Source of the DNA: Octopus vulgaris
Lineage: Eukaryota
Length of the DNA stretch: 64,000 nucleotides
Assembly (NCBI GenBank): GCA_951406725.2
Contig: OX597816.1
Location: 57,412,001 to 57,476,000, forward strand
Direction of reading: 5' to 3'
Both the position numbers and the translations under genes were made by a program. The notes under the pieces are model-generated. The model was not told the origin of the DNA, did no database searches, and worked only from the letters and a program-made list of their open reading frames with translations. This document shows, in pieces, positions 27,271 to 41,558 of the stretch. How positions within the stretch are numbered: the first letter of the stretch is position 1; the number at the start of each line of letters is the position of its first letter.

Positions 27271-29486
27271 AAGTGGGGTTGCGATTATCTTCATACAATC
27301 CGTGTGTTTGGTGTCAGCATAGAATCGAGTAACTGCAATTCGCTTTATGTTATCATCAGAAATATCACCAAAAGTCATTGCATCGTTACTGCGACGAACA
27401 AAATAACTTTATGGAATTTCTTCCAGTTCTTTACGTTCCGTGTTCGAATCCTGCCAATGTCAACCTCACTTTCCCTCCTTTCGGAGTCGATAAAATAAAG
27501 TACCAACTAACAGTTACTTTGGAAGGGGTTTCTCAGGAATCGAGTGACTCACTCCCTTCCAAATCGCTCGCCTTGGGCTTTAGTCAGAAACGCTTGTTAT
27601 TGCGAAAGACTTAAAGACAATGGTAGAGCAACTCCAACCCGTGCGAAATAACTTCCTGAGCAACAATGCTTACCTCAGACCCACCTGCGGAGGAAATACA
27701 CCTGAAATGTTTAAGGAAATTTTTCCCATTCTCCTCGTCTTTTTTTTCTCACGCCATTGTGGTAGATGTTGGGATTACATTTGCAACTTCCGGTGTAGTT
27801 TCCAAATAATTCTGGGTTCTCAGCGTTTCCCTACTTTATGCTTGATTCTCTTCAAATGACCTTTCACAGTTCTTAATATTTTGCTTGGTATTGAATATAT
27901 AGAAAAACGGTGTAATTTCTAAAGTATGCCTTAATAATAACAACAACAACAACAATAATAATAATAATAATAATAATAATAGAGCACTTGAAAGACTGCC
28001 GAAAACGTGTGGATACCTAAGGTTATGGTTAGTACCCCGCTACCCACATAAATCCTACCAGGAATAAGACCAAACCTGAACTTTGCTTCAATAATAATAA
28101 TAATAATAATAATCCGTTCTACTATTGGTACAAGCCCTGAAAATTGGTGGGGGAGAGGACTAGTCCATTACATCGATCCCAGTAGTCGACTAGTACTTAT
28201 TTTATCGATCTTGAAAGTAGTAGTAGTAGTAGTATGGGGGTGGGCATGTGTATCACTGCATCAGCCATTTGTTGGTGATTCCCTATTCCTGGCAAATGAC
28301 ACTTTTGCACCGCTCAAGCAACAACCCTCCGACCCACGGGGCGGTTTGGTGTTGGTAATCATTGCTGGTGAGGGGTATTTTTTTTAGGTTTGAGTGCAAA
28401 TCCTACCTCAACGTTTTTTAGTCACATTTTACAACACCCAGAAGAAACGTTGGGTCTATTCTTTGGTAATGCTGGTTCCCACACAGCACCAGAGCAACGT
28501 GAAAGGAAGTGTTTTGGTCCGAAAGGATAAAAGGCAAGGTCGTCCTCGGCCGCATTTGAACGCAGACAGTAGAGTTAGAAGAGATGCTACTCAACATTTT
28601 GTCCGATGCGCTAACGATTCTGCCAACCGTATAAGGTTGACTGTGATTTCGAAGTTTCTGAAGTGTATTGGACATGTTGTTTTGTGTGTGTGCGTGCGTG
28701 CGCGCGCTTGTTGTTCACGATCCTTCTGAGATCAACGGTCACTATCCACCTGATTTACATCCCGCTAACTCTACATGTCACTTCCTCACACTTTTTTAGG
28801 TTCATATTTTAAGGTACTCAGGTCGTTGCTGTGTCACGCTGGATTCCACAAAAGATGACCACCGTCTCCGTTTGTATCAGTTATTCAACAATGATTCCTT
28901 CTTTTGACCCAACTTTTCGGTGTCTTTTTTTTCTTTTTAAAGTACGTCCTTGAAATTCTTTTTTTTTTTTACCCCTCATATCCAGGATATTAGTTAGACG
29001 TTTTGTTCTATGACCGTAGATTGATTTAGTCGCACTAAAGAAACCTTTTCAATATCAATCCCTTCAACCAGTTTCTAGATTTCAAATACTTTAACCTGTC
29101 ACGAACTGTTCTTTATTTCAAGTGTTTGTTTCTTGATGCAACTTTTCTTTTCGTTCTCATTGTTCTTGTCATTTTGTTAGACATCAAAATGTGTTCCCTT
29201 TCTGTCGGTCTGTTGTTTGATTTTGGTGGTGTTCTCGTTAAACTTGTCTCGATGTTTTCTTCTGGGTGTAAAGCCCGAGGGATACCGACGATTTGCATTT
29301 TATGTTTTCAAAAAGACCGAAGTGTTTCCAAAGTAATAAATGACAGTTTGTCATTTAGGTACTGCTGTTGGTGTAGTTTTGTCTTTGCTAAGAGAGAGAG
29401 CTAAGAAAAATTCAAGATTGATATTCGACTGGCATCGTTTCTGCTGCCGACATCGCTTTGGAGAATGTTGAATAGCTATATTAGAT

Positions 29487-29847
29487 CGTAGCACGCCAGG
29501 CAAGATGCGTAGCCGTATTTCGTCTGCCGTTACGTTCTGAGTTCAAATTCCGCCGAGGTCGACTTTGCCTTTCATCCTTTGGGGGTCGATAAATTAAGTA
29601 CCAGTTACGCACTGGGGTCGATGTAATCGACATAATCCGTTTGTCTGTCCTTGTTTGTCCCCTCTATGTTTAGCCCCTTGTGGGCAATAAAGAAATAAGA
29701 AACGTTAGTACGCTAGGCGAAACGCTAAGCGGTATTTCGTCTGTCTTTGCGTTCTGAGTTCAAATTCCGTCGAGGTTGACTTTGCCTTTCATCGACTGGT
29801 CCCCTTCCCAAAATTTTCGGGCCTTGTGCATAGAGTAGAAAAGAATA
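29487..29847 (+). mobile_element. SINE family A dimer
   Basis: Junction GGGCAATAAAGAAATAAG|AAACGTTAG; the second unit is internally deleted and has tail B. Confidence 0.85.
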
Positions 29848-30271
29848 TTCTGGCCGTGGAGCAAGGTAAGGGTTGACGACAAGAAGGGCATCCGACCGTA
29901 TAAGACTTACCTCAATAAACTCCGTCCAACTCGTGCAAGCATGAAATTGATGATGATGATGATGATGATGATGACAACACATACACACACATACATACAG
30001 ACAGACAGAGAGACAGACAGAAGAAAAGAACATAACAAGGGTTGTGGCTAATTGCGTCAAGATAAAGTGATTAGATGCTCGAAATGATTGTCTGGTGAGA
30101 AACCCTATCGTCTGTTAATCGACACCGTTGGCGAGATCAAAGAATCGACCTGAGACATCTTTATGATTCTCTGATTAAACCGCCCATTTTGGTGTCACCT
30201 TGTCTGGAGAAAGAAGAATGGTGGTGGTGGTGGTGTAGTAGTAGTAGTAGTAGTAGTAGTAGTCGCCGTTG

Positions 30272-30303
<32 letters not shown>

Positions 30304-30551
30304 GGTGGTGGTGGTGGTGTTGTTGCTGTTGTTGTGCCACACGTCAGGCCTGATCGAAGGTATCTCTGTAGAAGCAAGGCATGGCTGTGTGGTTAAGAAA
30401 CTCGCTTCACGACATTGTGGTTTCCGGTTCAGTCCCACTGCGCGGCACTTTGAGCAAGTGCCTTCCACTAGGGCCCCGGGCCGACCAGCATTTTGTCACT
30501 TGAATTTGATAGAAGAAAACTACGTGGAAGCCCGTCGCGTATGCATGTATG

Positions 30552-30686
30552 TATTAACTTTTACAAGTTAAGGTTGATAGTGACTTGGAAGTCTCGGTTT
30601 ACTCGTTTTTTATCATACAGTCTGATGAAGAAGAACAAGCCAAAACTTCGAAGTTACTATCAGCCTATTCCTTGTAAAATTTAATA
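30552..30686. mobile_element. Palindromic head-to-head hammerhead relic (copy 2)
   Basis: Arms TATTAACTTTTACAAGTTAAGGTTGATAGTGACTTGGAAGT and ACTTCGAAGTTACTATCAGCCTATTCCTTGTAAAATTTAATA. Plus strand reads AGT-CTGATGA...CAAAA-CTTCGAAG-TT-ACT. Confidence 0.65.
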
Positions 30687-30802
30687 AATATACACAGGGA
30701 CCTTCCAATTTAATTCTTGATTTTTATATAAAACCTGACATGACAAAGACAGACAAACTGACAGATGAAGTGCCTATATGTAGTTGTGTGTGAGTAGAGA
30801 TC

Positions 30803-31589
30803 CAGGTGTGGCTGTATGGTAAGAAGTTTGCTTCCCAACTACATGGTTCTGGGTTCACTCTCACGGCATGGCACCTTTAGCAGGCGTCTTCTACTACGGA
30901 CCCCGGCAGACCGAAGCTTTATCACTGGATTTGGTAGACGGAAACTGAAAGAAGCACATCGTATATATTCGCGTGTGTATGTCTTTGTATGTTTCCCCAC
31001 CCGCCCACCACACCGCCATCGCTTGACAACCGGTGTTGGTGTGTTTACATCCCGTAACTTAGAGGTTCGACAAAAAAGAGTGATGCATAAATACCAGACT
31101 TTACAAAAAGAAATAAGAACTGGAGTCGATTCGTTTGACTAAAATTCTTTAAGGCGGTGCCCCAACATGGCCGCAGTCTAATGATGACTGAAACAAAAGA
31201 TAGATATATATATTTGCGCAGAAGTGGCTGTGTGGTAAGAAGCTTGCTTCCCAACCATATGGTTTCGGGTTCAGTCCTGCTATAGTCTCGGGACGACCAA
31301 AACCTTGTGAATGGATTTGGTAGACGGAAGCTGAAGGAAACCTGCCATATATATATGTGTGTGTGTGTGTGTGTTTGTGTCTGCCCCCCCCCCCCCACCA
31401 CCACCACCATCGCTTGACAACCAATGCTGGTCTGTTTACGTCCCAGCAACTTAGCGGTTCGGCAAAAGAGACCGATAGAATAAGTACTAGGCTTACAAAG
31501 AATAAGTCCTGGGGTCGATTTGCTCGACTAAAGGCGGTGCTCCAGCATGGCTGCAGTCAAATGACTGAAACAAATAAAAGAATAAAAGT

Positions 31590-31590
<1 letters not shown>
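30803..31590 (+). mobile_element. Two adjacent SINE family B copies (30803-31200 and 31216-31590)
   Basis: Family consensus; the second copy has an internal deletion. Confidence 0.88.
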
Positions 31591-31632
<42 letters not shown>

Positions 31633-31763
31633 GGATGTGTGTGTGTTACAGTTCCCAAACTAGCACCTGTGTTAGGTGTGCCCTAATTAACACAAAACAT
31701 TCCTTTCCCGACTGCACTTAATTATAATTTAACGAAATCATTAAGTCAGGTTTGATAGATGTG

Positions 31764-31812
<49 letters not shown>

Positions 31813-32240
31813 AAAGGACTGAGAAAGGAGGGGAATATGTGGGGTGGCACGGACGGGGTGGTTGAACTGTCTTGAGAAAGGGGGAGTGGTGGGATTCTAA
31901 TGTTAAATGGAATTAGCCAAAAGAAAGGGACGGACAGACAGACAGAGACAGCGGGAGGGAAAGAAGGAAAGATCGAGAAAAAAGAGAAAAGTGATAAAAG
32001 AAAATTCCATTGAAGTATGTTGTGTTCAAACATTACCGTAAAGGATGGGGCGGGAAGAGGGGTAGTAACTATCTCAGAGACGCCATCAGCCTGAACAATA
32101 ATAGTTAAGTTAGTGTTAATATAAATAACCGTAAGGGTTATTGAAAAGCGCGTGAAGGCACGTGACTTAGTGGTTAGAGTATTCGGCTCAGGATCGTAAG
32201 GTCGTGAGTTCGATTCCCTGCAGCACGTTGTCTCCTTACG

Positions 32241-32423
32241 TTTTTACTCTTTTACTTGTTTCAGTCATTTGACTGTGGCCATGCTGGAGCACCGCCTTTA
32301 GTCGAGCAAATCGAGCCCGGGACTTATTCTATCGGTCTCTTTTGCCGAACCGCTCGGTGACGGGGACGTAAACACACCACCATCGGTTGTCAAGCAATGC
32401 TAGGAGGACAAACACAGACACAA

Positions 32424-32476
<53 letters not shown>

Positions 32477-32630
32477 CGACAGGCTTCTTTCAGTTTCTGT
32501 CTACCAAATCCACTCACAAGGCATTGGTCGGCCCGGGGCTATAGCAGAAGACACTTGCCCAAGGTGCCACGCAGTGGGACTGAACCCGGAACCATGTGGT
32601 TGGCTAGCAAGCTACTTACCACACAGCCAC
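32241..32630 (-). mobile_element. SINE family B (little diverged)
   Basis: Reverse complement of the consensus. Confidence 0.9.
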
Positions 32631-33946
32631 TTACTACACAACCACTTGAGCAAGATATTTTCATGTTGCTCCAGTCCGTTAAAATCAGTACTAGACTTTT
32701 AAACAAAGTGTTGGGTCGATTTGTTCCATTTCAAACGCAATGCCCCAGCATGGCCTCAGTTCAATGGCCGAAATCAGTAAAAGATATTACATATAATCAG
32801 CAGCGTCCCGACGATATATTTGAGATAATTCATCCCAATGCGATGTCATCTCTAGGGAAGATTGTACCGAAATTAATATTGACAAATTCCCTTCTTATGA
32901 AATAATTATAAGCACAAGGTACCCTCCCCTCAAAACTTCTATCAAGTGTAAGATTAACAAACCTCATATAGTTGTTTGAGACCTTATCATCATCATTTAA
33001 CGTTCACGCTCCATGTTGGTATGGGTTGGACGGTTTGGCAGGATCCGACGGGCCCCGAAAACTGCATCATGCTCCAATGTTCGCTTCGGTATGATTTCAC
33101 GGTTGGATGCCTTTCATAATGCCTAATGCCAACGTGTGCTGAAAGATTTTTTTTCGAAGCACCAGCACTAGTGAGCTCGCCGTATAGTCTGCAATATTAA
33201 AAATTGCCTTTGGGGCTATCGTAGAGAGAGGGCGGCTTTATGCTTTAGCATAATGGATTAAAGGGTGAGAGAAGGGGCCAGAACAGGTTTCTTGTTGAAG
33301 AATTGCGCAGCTATTCATTCTGTAGAAGAAAGCGATTGGATTGAAGCTGGGAAGAGAGAGAAAATAGTGACTGTGAGGTATTGGGGTGGATCCTCAAAAT
33401 ATGAAGTGAGTTAAAGTGAATGGGAACAAGAGACCAGCAAGTGTAGATGAGTAGAGCTTGCAAAAGAAAAAGAGAGCCTGAACGTATGAAGACGTCTTTC
33501 AAAATCAGCAAGAAAGAGAACATTCATGGAAAACATCCTCTCCATCCTGGTTATAAATTCACTGTTATGCCAATAGTCATTGGCTCTAGTTGGCTATGCT
33601 AAATGTCCAAGTTACAATTCTGGAAAAAACTGAGACTCAGTCAAAAGAAATGACCAACTAACGTACATTTTATAAACTCAATCTGTAAGTGGAACAGTGA
33701 AAATAAGCGAGACTTTTCTCAGATTCAACATGTAACTCTTCACTGTAGTTGTTACCGAAATTCGTGCGATGAATTTTTTGCTTCTTTCTTAGAAACGAGA
33801 GATTTTACTGCAGGAAGAATTCGTATAATTAAAGAACATACATACATACGTACATATATACGTACATATATACGTACATACATACGTACGTACATACATA
33901 CGTACGTACATACATACATACATACATACATACATACATACATACA

Positions 33947-34342
33947 GGTGCAGGAGTGACTGTGTGGTAAGAAGCTTGCTTCCCAGTCACATGTTTCCGG
34001 GTTCAGTCCCACTGCGTGGCATTTTGGGCAAGTGTCTTCTATAGCCTCCGGACGACCAAAGCCTTGTGAGTGGATTTGGTAGATGGAAACTGAAAGAAGC
34101 CCATCGTATGTATGTATGTGTGTGTGTACGTGTGTTTGTATGTGTTTGTGCCCCCAACATCGCTTGACAACCAATGTTGGTGTGTTTACGTCCCCGTAAC
34201 TTAGCTGTTATCGGCAAAAGAGACCGAAAGAATAAGTACTAGACTTACAACTAGTAAGTCCTAAGGATCGATTTGTTTGACTAACGGCGGTGCTCCAGCA
34301 TGACCGCAGTCGATTGACAGAAACGAGTAAACGAGTAAAAGA
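33947..34342 (+). mobile_element. SINE family B
   Basis: Family consensus. Confidence 0.9.
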
Positions 34343-34573
34343 ATATACATACATAAGCAAGGTAACTGTTATGGTGAATCCGATAGTCAGACATGTGTAA
34401 TTGCTGCTGCTATGGAGGCAACAGACCAAATATTGGTAAAATTGAGCTACAGAGTACCAACCAACGCGGTTCAAAAAGTACTAAAGAAAGACGACTTCCA
34501 TTGACTGTTTTATAAGAAGCTTACAAGTTCAGTCCCCAAGATACACTTTTAGCTTCATACTTATTAATATCGG

Positions 34574-35140
34574 AAGGCAGCGAAATGCAGGGCGAAATGC
34601 TTAGCGATATTTCGTCTGCCGCTATGTTCTGAGTTCAAATTCCGCAGAGGTCGACTTTGCCTTTCATCCTCTCGGGGTCGATAAATTAAGTACCAGTTAC
34701 GCACTGGGGTCGATGTAATCGACTTAATCCGTTTGTCTGTCCTTGTTTGTCCTCTCTGTGTTTAGCCCCTTGTGGGTAGTAAAGAAATAGGTATTTAGTC
34801 TGCCGCTACGTTCTGAGTTCAAATTCTGCCGAGGTCGACTTTGCCTTTCATCCTTTCGGGGTCGATAAATTAAGTACCAGTTACGCACTAGGGTCGATGT
34901 AATCGACTTAATCCGTTTGTCTGTCCTTGTTTGTCCTCTCTGTGTTTAGCCCCTTGTAGGTTGTAAAGAAATAGGTATTTCGTCTGTCTTTAGTTTTGAG
35001 TTCAAATTCCGCCGAGGTCGACTTTGCCTTTCATCCTTTCGGGGTCGATAAATTAAGTACCAGTTGCGTGCCGGGGTCGATCTAATCAACTGGTCCCCTC
35101 CCCAAAAATTTTGGGCCTTGTGCCTAGAGTAGAAAAGAAT
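34574..35140 (+). mobile_element. SINE family A trimer
   Basis: Two AAAGAAATA|GGTATTT junctions and a terminal tail B. Confidence 0.9.
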
Positions 35141-35666
35141 ATTGAAACAACAGGAGACATACCAACCCGCCTGGAGAAAAGTATGGCTGAACTTGGGACC
35201 TTGGGGGAAGTATGCAAATCCTTAATTCATACGCGACAAAGGATTATGATATCGGGGATTATAATAATCTGCAAGATGTTCCTAAGATCCAAAGAATGAT
35301 GGGCAAAACAAGATGCTTTGCTTCCCAGTCTTGCTGCCAAGAAGACCGGTCGAATTATACTCTAAATTAGAAAACGAGAAACACACATACATACGCATAC
35401 ATACCCACATGCACACATATATGCATACATACATGCATACATACATACATACATACATACATACATACATACATACATACATACATACATACATACATAC
35501 ATACATAGACATCTATAGATACATAGGTGTGCGTTGTTGATCATTGCTTCACCTGTCAAACTGACATAACTTGTTAGGTAATTAACAGCAGGAGACTTTG
35601 AGGATGCATTCCATCTTCTCAAGACACGGCACACAAGTACGTGTGTGTGTATGTGTGTTAGCTTAT

Positions 35667-35714
<48 letters not shown>

Positions 35715-36133
35715 CTGCATACAGACAGGTTCACATAAGTTTTCTGGGGATTGGGGGAAAGGTGGAGCATAGAAAATTTGAAATATCTTTCATTAAACAA
35801 ATTACTGGCCTTGTGTGTGTGTATGTGTGTGTGTTACCTGAGTGTAGACAAGCACGCATACATACATTTGCACACCCATGTGTGCGCGCGCGCTAGGTCA
35901 ACAATTTCGAGAGAGAAAAAAGTCCGGTTTTGACTGGTAATTTATTTTACTGCCCCCAAACCATCCCGGAAGATGAAGGGCAAAGTTGACCTCGGCGGGA
36001 TTAGATCCCAGAATGCCGAACGTTGGAACAAATACCGATTCTGCCAGCTTTCACACACACACACACACGTGTATAAAGGCCAAGTGGCAGGAGTCGGCAG
36101 CGCGTTGGATTGATTGCTTTGCGCTATTTGTTG

Positions 36134-36363
36134 AAGGCGACGAGCTGGCAGAATCGTTAGCACGCCGGGCGAAATGCGTTGCGGTATTTCGTCTGTCGTT
36201 ACGTTCTGAGTTCGAATTTCGCCGAGGTCAACTTTGCCTTTCATCCTTTCGGGGTCGATAAATAAAGTACCAGTTTCGCACTGGGTTCGATGTAATCGAC
36301 TTAATCCCTTTGTCCTTGTTTGTCCCCTCTGTGTCTAGCCCCTTGTGGGGTAGTAAAGAAATA
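36134..36363 (+). mobile_element. SINE family A monomer (tail A) with 9-bp TSD; inverted partial copy at 35935-36050
   Basis: TATTTGTTG at 36125-36133 and 36364-36372. Confidence 0.85.
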
Positions 36364-37470
36364 TATTTGTTGTAGATCTTTGTGCTCTGAGTTCAAATCA
36401 GGTCGAAGTCATTCTTCTGTACTGCTCGGTCGATTCTTCTTTCTCTTCTCCTCCTCCAGGCGGGGGCCCCCATCCCTTCATGCCCTAAGGCACGCTGTAT
36501 GACACAACGACGCCGCACTACTCCATCAGGAGTGAAGGTCACCACACACATACTTACGAATTAAATAGATAATGCTTTAACTGTGTGGTGGTGGTGGTGA
36601 CGGCGGTGGTGGTGGTGGTGTAAAGAAGATGTCTGTTGAAAGACGGCCAACCCCACATTAATTAACCGGGCGAGTAAATTGTTTCAGTTACTGATACTAC
36701 TAATCCTACCATCATCACCATCATCAACAAGAGCAATGTGTGTCTTTGTGCGCTGCGACCATCATCATGTTCTGAGTTCAAATTCCGCCGAGGTCGAATT
36801 CATCTTTTATCCTTTCGAGGGTCAACAAAATAAGTACCAGTCGAGTACTGAGGTCAATATATAATCGACTTGCACACACACACACGCGATTGCTGGCCTT
36901 GTGCCAAAATTTGAAACATGTGCATAACTGTGTACCACAAGTCACTGTAGTAGTAGTAGTAGACAACTAACACATCAAATAAAAGGTGGTTTTGGTGGTG
37001 GTGGTGGTGTAATTTTGCCCTAGTTTTCTCGGGCATGGTTTGTCTCAAATTACATCATCCAATATATCTTGTTTTGGTTGCTATCTCTAGCAGACCGGGC
37101 TACCACTTTAGCGGCTCACTCGTGGTTCTCTGAGTGAAGACTGTCGTGTGGTGGAGCGGGAGTGGTGCGAGGTAGGGACTAAAGAAGAGGGGATAATCTT
37201 TTTGATAAACCGGTTGGAGTTTTTGACATAACTGCTAAAACATATTGGCTAATAGAAGGAAGGACCGACTATTTGTACTTGTGCGCGTGGGTGTGTGTAT
37301 GGGGGGTGTCTTTGGCAGACCAGGAAATGGGTAAGTCATGTCTATGTCTTTCGGCAGGACAGTTGGAGCTTAAACCAGTGATTCTTAAGCTATTTTCTCT
37401 GCCAGTTCCTCTTCCATTTTCCCACACCGACATATACAACGATAATAGCCTTATGTAATACACAGTTTAT

Positions 37471-37826
37471 TACTGTATTTGATGGGGTATTAGACGCACC
37501 CCAATTTCAAGAAACGCGAGTAATATTGGTGTTAAATTTTGGCACAAGGCCAGAAAGTTTGGAAGAGATGCTCAACCTCAGTGTTCAACTGGTACTTATT
37601 TTATCGACCCCAAAAGGATGAAAAGCAATGTCTACCTTTGCGGCATGAAGACGGACGAAATGTTGCCTGGCGTGTTACTGATTCTACCAGCACGCCGCCT
37701 TTATTAAAGCTAGTAATATTAACTTATGAGGCGCCCAGCTTCACATATGGGATCTAGGGTGACTTTTTTTAAAACTTTTTCTCTCTTTTTTGGTGGAGTG
37801 CATCTTACATAGCATTAAATACAGTA
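37471..37826. mobile_element. Tc1/mariner(pogo)-like MITE with TA TSD and a nested SINE A (about 37535-37705, -)
   Basis: TA-CTGTATTTGATGGGGTATTAGACGCAC ... GTGCATCTTACATAGCATTAAATACAG-TA. Confidence 0.7.
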
Positions 37827-37934
37827 CAATGTATACAACAATGTTTTTACATAATATTGACAGCCTAATTAGTCGTGTGTACAACACCATTGCATAACGT
37901 TAACAACTTTATATTAAAATACTTTGTCTTTGAT

Positions 37935-38297
37935 CTTTTACTTGTTTCAGTCATAAGATTGCGGCCATACTGGGGCACAGTCTCGAAAATATTTTTGTCG
38001 AATGATTCGACCCTAGGACTCATTTTTAAAGCCTCGTACTTCCTTTATCGGTCTCTTTTGTCGAACTGCTAAGTTACGGAGACGTATACACTAACACCTA
38101 TTGTCAAACGGTAATGGGGAACAAACACACACACACACACATCTCAGGCTTCTTTCAGTTTCCGATTATCAAATCCTCTCACAAGACTTTGTTCCGTCCG
38201 AAGCTATGGCAGAAGACACTTGTCCAACGTGCCACGCAGTGAGACTGAACTCAGAACCATGTGCTTGGGAAGCAAGTTTCTGAACCACATAGCCACG
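37935..38297 (-). mobile_element. SINE family B (diverged)
   Basis: Reverse complement of the consensus. Confidence 0.8.
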
Positions 38298-39569
38298 CAA
38301 ATCATTCGCATAAACATCAGCAGTTTTATTTTCAACACGAACATCTTTACCCGAAGACAAACGAAGTCTAGACTTGTGGACGAATGGACTGCGTGTACGT
38401 TCCTGTATCCAGCGGCGGGTGCAGGGGTGTTGCTCTAGTTGCCCGGGCGACACCCTTTCTATGCTGAGCTGAAACCCAAAAAAAAACTCGACTAAGGTTT
38501 TTTTTTCATTTCCAGCAGTTTCACAGCATTACCGTTTCATATGCATCAGGTTTACTACAACTAAATTAGAATACATAAAAATGCGTCCATTTCTTACGGA
38601 ATTGCGATTCCCACCTTATATAGCATTTCTTTCAAAACTTTTAGACAACGCCCACCCACCCCTCCGGTTTCCCTGCGCGTGTGTGTGTGTGCATTTGCGC
38701 TTCTGAATATATGTGTGTCTGAGTGTGTGTCCCTGTGCGTATGTATTTGTCTACGTTTACTCAATACATGTGTGTGTGTGTTTATGCTTGTACAAGTCTG
38801 TGTGTGTGTGGCGACCTCTTCGCTAGAGAAACGTAAGAGCAGGATGATGCGCTGCGTCAGTGCGCGCTTTTGCCCGTGTGTGTGTCTGAGTTTTGTCTAT
38901 ACTTGTGTTATATGTATGTGTGTGTATTAGTGCTCATGTGTGTGTGTGTGTCTGTGAGTATGAGCGCGTAGTCAATTCTTATGTATCGGTCATTGCGTAT
39001 ATATATATGTGTGTGGTATGAGAGAGAAGGAGACAGACAGACAATCAGACCCAGAGAAACCACTAGCTGAAGGGCACCTAGACAAAACAGGTAACCATCA
39101 CCGCCACCGCCGCCACCACCACCACTATTACCAACGTGAGAAAGAATGTAAAAGGCCGCAGGGTTTGATAGAGAGAGACGAAATTTATTTGGTTTGTAAA
39201 AGTGGGTGGGTATAATGTTGGATCAAATTGTAGCATTTTTTTATTTGAATACAGCAGACACTCCCACCGTGACCATCTCGTTTATATTTCCGTCACTTCA
39301 TCTGACACACTATTCAATGAATCCTTCCTTTTTCTTAATATACAGCATGTAGCTTGAGTGATATTTAGCTGCTATTTCTAGCCAATAGGCATTATCGTTG
39401 TTTAACCCTAGGTCATCATTGACCCAATGGGACCTATGATCAAAAGTATTCCAGTCTCTGATCACAGTCTATCTAGGACTACATTACTCAATGTGTCCTT
39501 TAAAAAAAAAAGACGGTATGGTGTTATTTGACTATTACTTCTAGCCGGTCGAGCAACCTTGGTTGTTTC

Positions 39570-39781
39570 GTTGTTGTTGTTGTTGTTGTTCTTGTTGGTG
39601 GTGGTGGTGGTGGTGGTGGTGGTGGTGGTGGCGGCGGCGGCGGCGGTGGTGGTGGTGGTGATGGTAGTGGTGGTGATGGTGGTGGTGGTAGTGGTGGTGG
39701 TGATAGTGGTGGTGGTGACGGTGGTGGTGGTGGTGGAGGCGGTGGTGATGGTGGTGGCGGCGGTGGTGGTGGTGGTGGTTT
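39570..39781. repeat. Compound (GTT)n/(GGT)n/(GGC)n triplet repeat
   Basis: Directly visible. Confidence 0.95.
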
Positions 39782-40978
39782 TGAGGTAGAGTTTATAGTT
39801 GTTGTTTTTGCAGTTTACGTTATCCCACCCCCATTCAGACAAAAACCACAAGGACAATATAAAAAAACAAACAATATTTGACGCTGTTAATATTAAGTAA
39901 ATATCTCATGCTAATCAAATAATCATAAAGGTTGCGAGTTCGCACCCACCTCACCGCACCCACATTGTTATGGGTTGTTGTTTTTTCTGTCTTTTACTTT
40001 TTTTTATTTGCATACTGAATCTCCCTCTCCTCCCTTCCCCCTCCCCACTCCACGTCTCTCATCAACCACTTGTTTCCTTTCTTCTTTCTACCCCCACCCA
40101 CCCCCACCCGTCTTCGTTCGACGACTACATCTTTCCACCACTACCTCCGCTCCTTTTTTTTTTATTTTTATTTATTTATTCCTTGTTCCTTTTTTCCTCC
40201 AAACCTTAGTCTAACGCTCCACCGAGCATGACGTGTGTGACAAGCAACTTATCGAGCATTTCAGCAATTACAACAACAACAACAATAACAACAGCAACAA
40301 CAAAACAACAACAGCGACAATAACTTCAAGACAACAAAAAAAGGGGATAAAAAAGTCTAAAAGACTTTCAAAAAACCTCATCATTATATATATATATATA
40401 TTTATATAGGGAGAGTTTATACATAAACACATACATACATACGTACATACATACATACATACATACATACATACATACATACATACATACATACATACAT
40501 ACATAAACACACACATACATACATACATAAACACATACATACATAAACACATACATACATAAACACATACACACATACACACATACATAAACACATACAT
40601 ACATAAACACACACATACATACATACATAACACATACGTACATACATAAACACATACATACATAAACACATACATACATACACACATACATACATAAACA
40701 CATACACACATACATACATACATACATACATACATACATACATACATACATAAACACATACATAAACACATACATACATACATACATAAACACATACATA
40801 CATATACATACACACACACACACACACGCACGCACAGGGTGAGTGAGTGACGGGTGGAAGCGCCCTCTTCTAAAGATTACATAGACAGGTGCTGCGGTTA
40901 TGGAGAGAGTGAGTGCCGCCGCCTTGATGATGTCCTTGTTATTATTATTATTGTTGTCGTTTTGTTGTATTTCGTCAG

Positions 40979-41116
40979 AGATCAAAGTGGAGATCGTTGA
41001 TAGCTGTCTGACCAATTCTGGTGGCTGTGGCCATAAATGCACCCACACTCGATCAGGACCTGTCTGTTCCTGTAACACGGGCTATCTACTTCAAGCCGAT
41101 GGAAAATCATGCGAAG
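40979..41116 (+). CDS. MEGF6: MEGF6-like gene, EGF exon (xIKVEIVDSCLTNSGGCGHKCTHTRSGPVCSCNTGYLLQADGKSCE)
   Basis: ttcgtcag|AG...GAAG|gtaag; 138 nt, phase 1-1, six-cysteine EGF. Closely parallels the recalled vertebrate MEGF6 segment IEMEIVNSCEANNGGCSHGCSHTSAGPLCTC. Confidence 0.9.
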
Positions 41117-41206
41117 GTAAGCTGTACGATTTTATACACACACGAACGTACATTTGTGTGTGTGTGTACATATATTATTGTATATTTGCGCGTGAATGAG
41201 TGTGTG

Positions 41207-41250
<44 letters not shown>

Positions 41251-41517
41251 CACATGTATGTATGTATATATATATGTATATGTATATATGTATGTACACA
41301 TACACACACTTGTATATATATATATGTACACATACACACACTAATACAATATATATATATGTACACATACACACACTCATATATATATATGTACACATAC
41401 ACACACTCATATATATATATATGTACACATACACACACTCATATATATATATATATATATATGTATGCATGCATACACACATACTATATATATATATATG
41501 TACACATACACACACTC

Positions 41518-41558
<41 letters not shown>

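Noticed and set aside
32155-32225. tRNA gene
   Set aside because: It has A/B boxes but continues into SINE C body sequence and lacks a proper acceptor stem; it is a SINE head.
39462-39881. Poly-Gly, poly-Thr or poly-Val proteins
   Set aside because: Triplet microsatellite open in several frames, with no splice or domain support.
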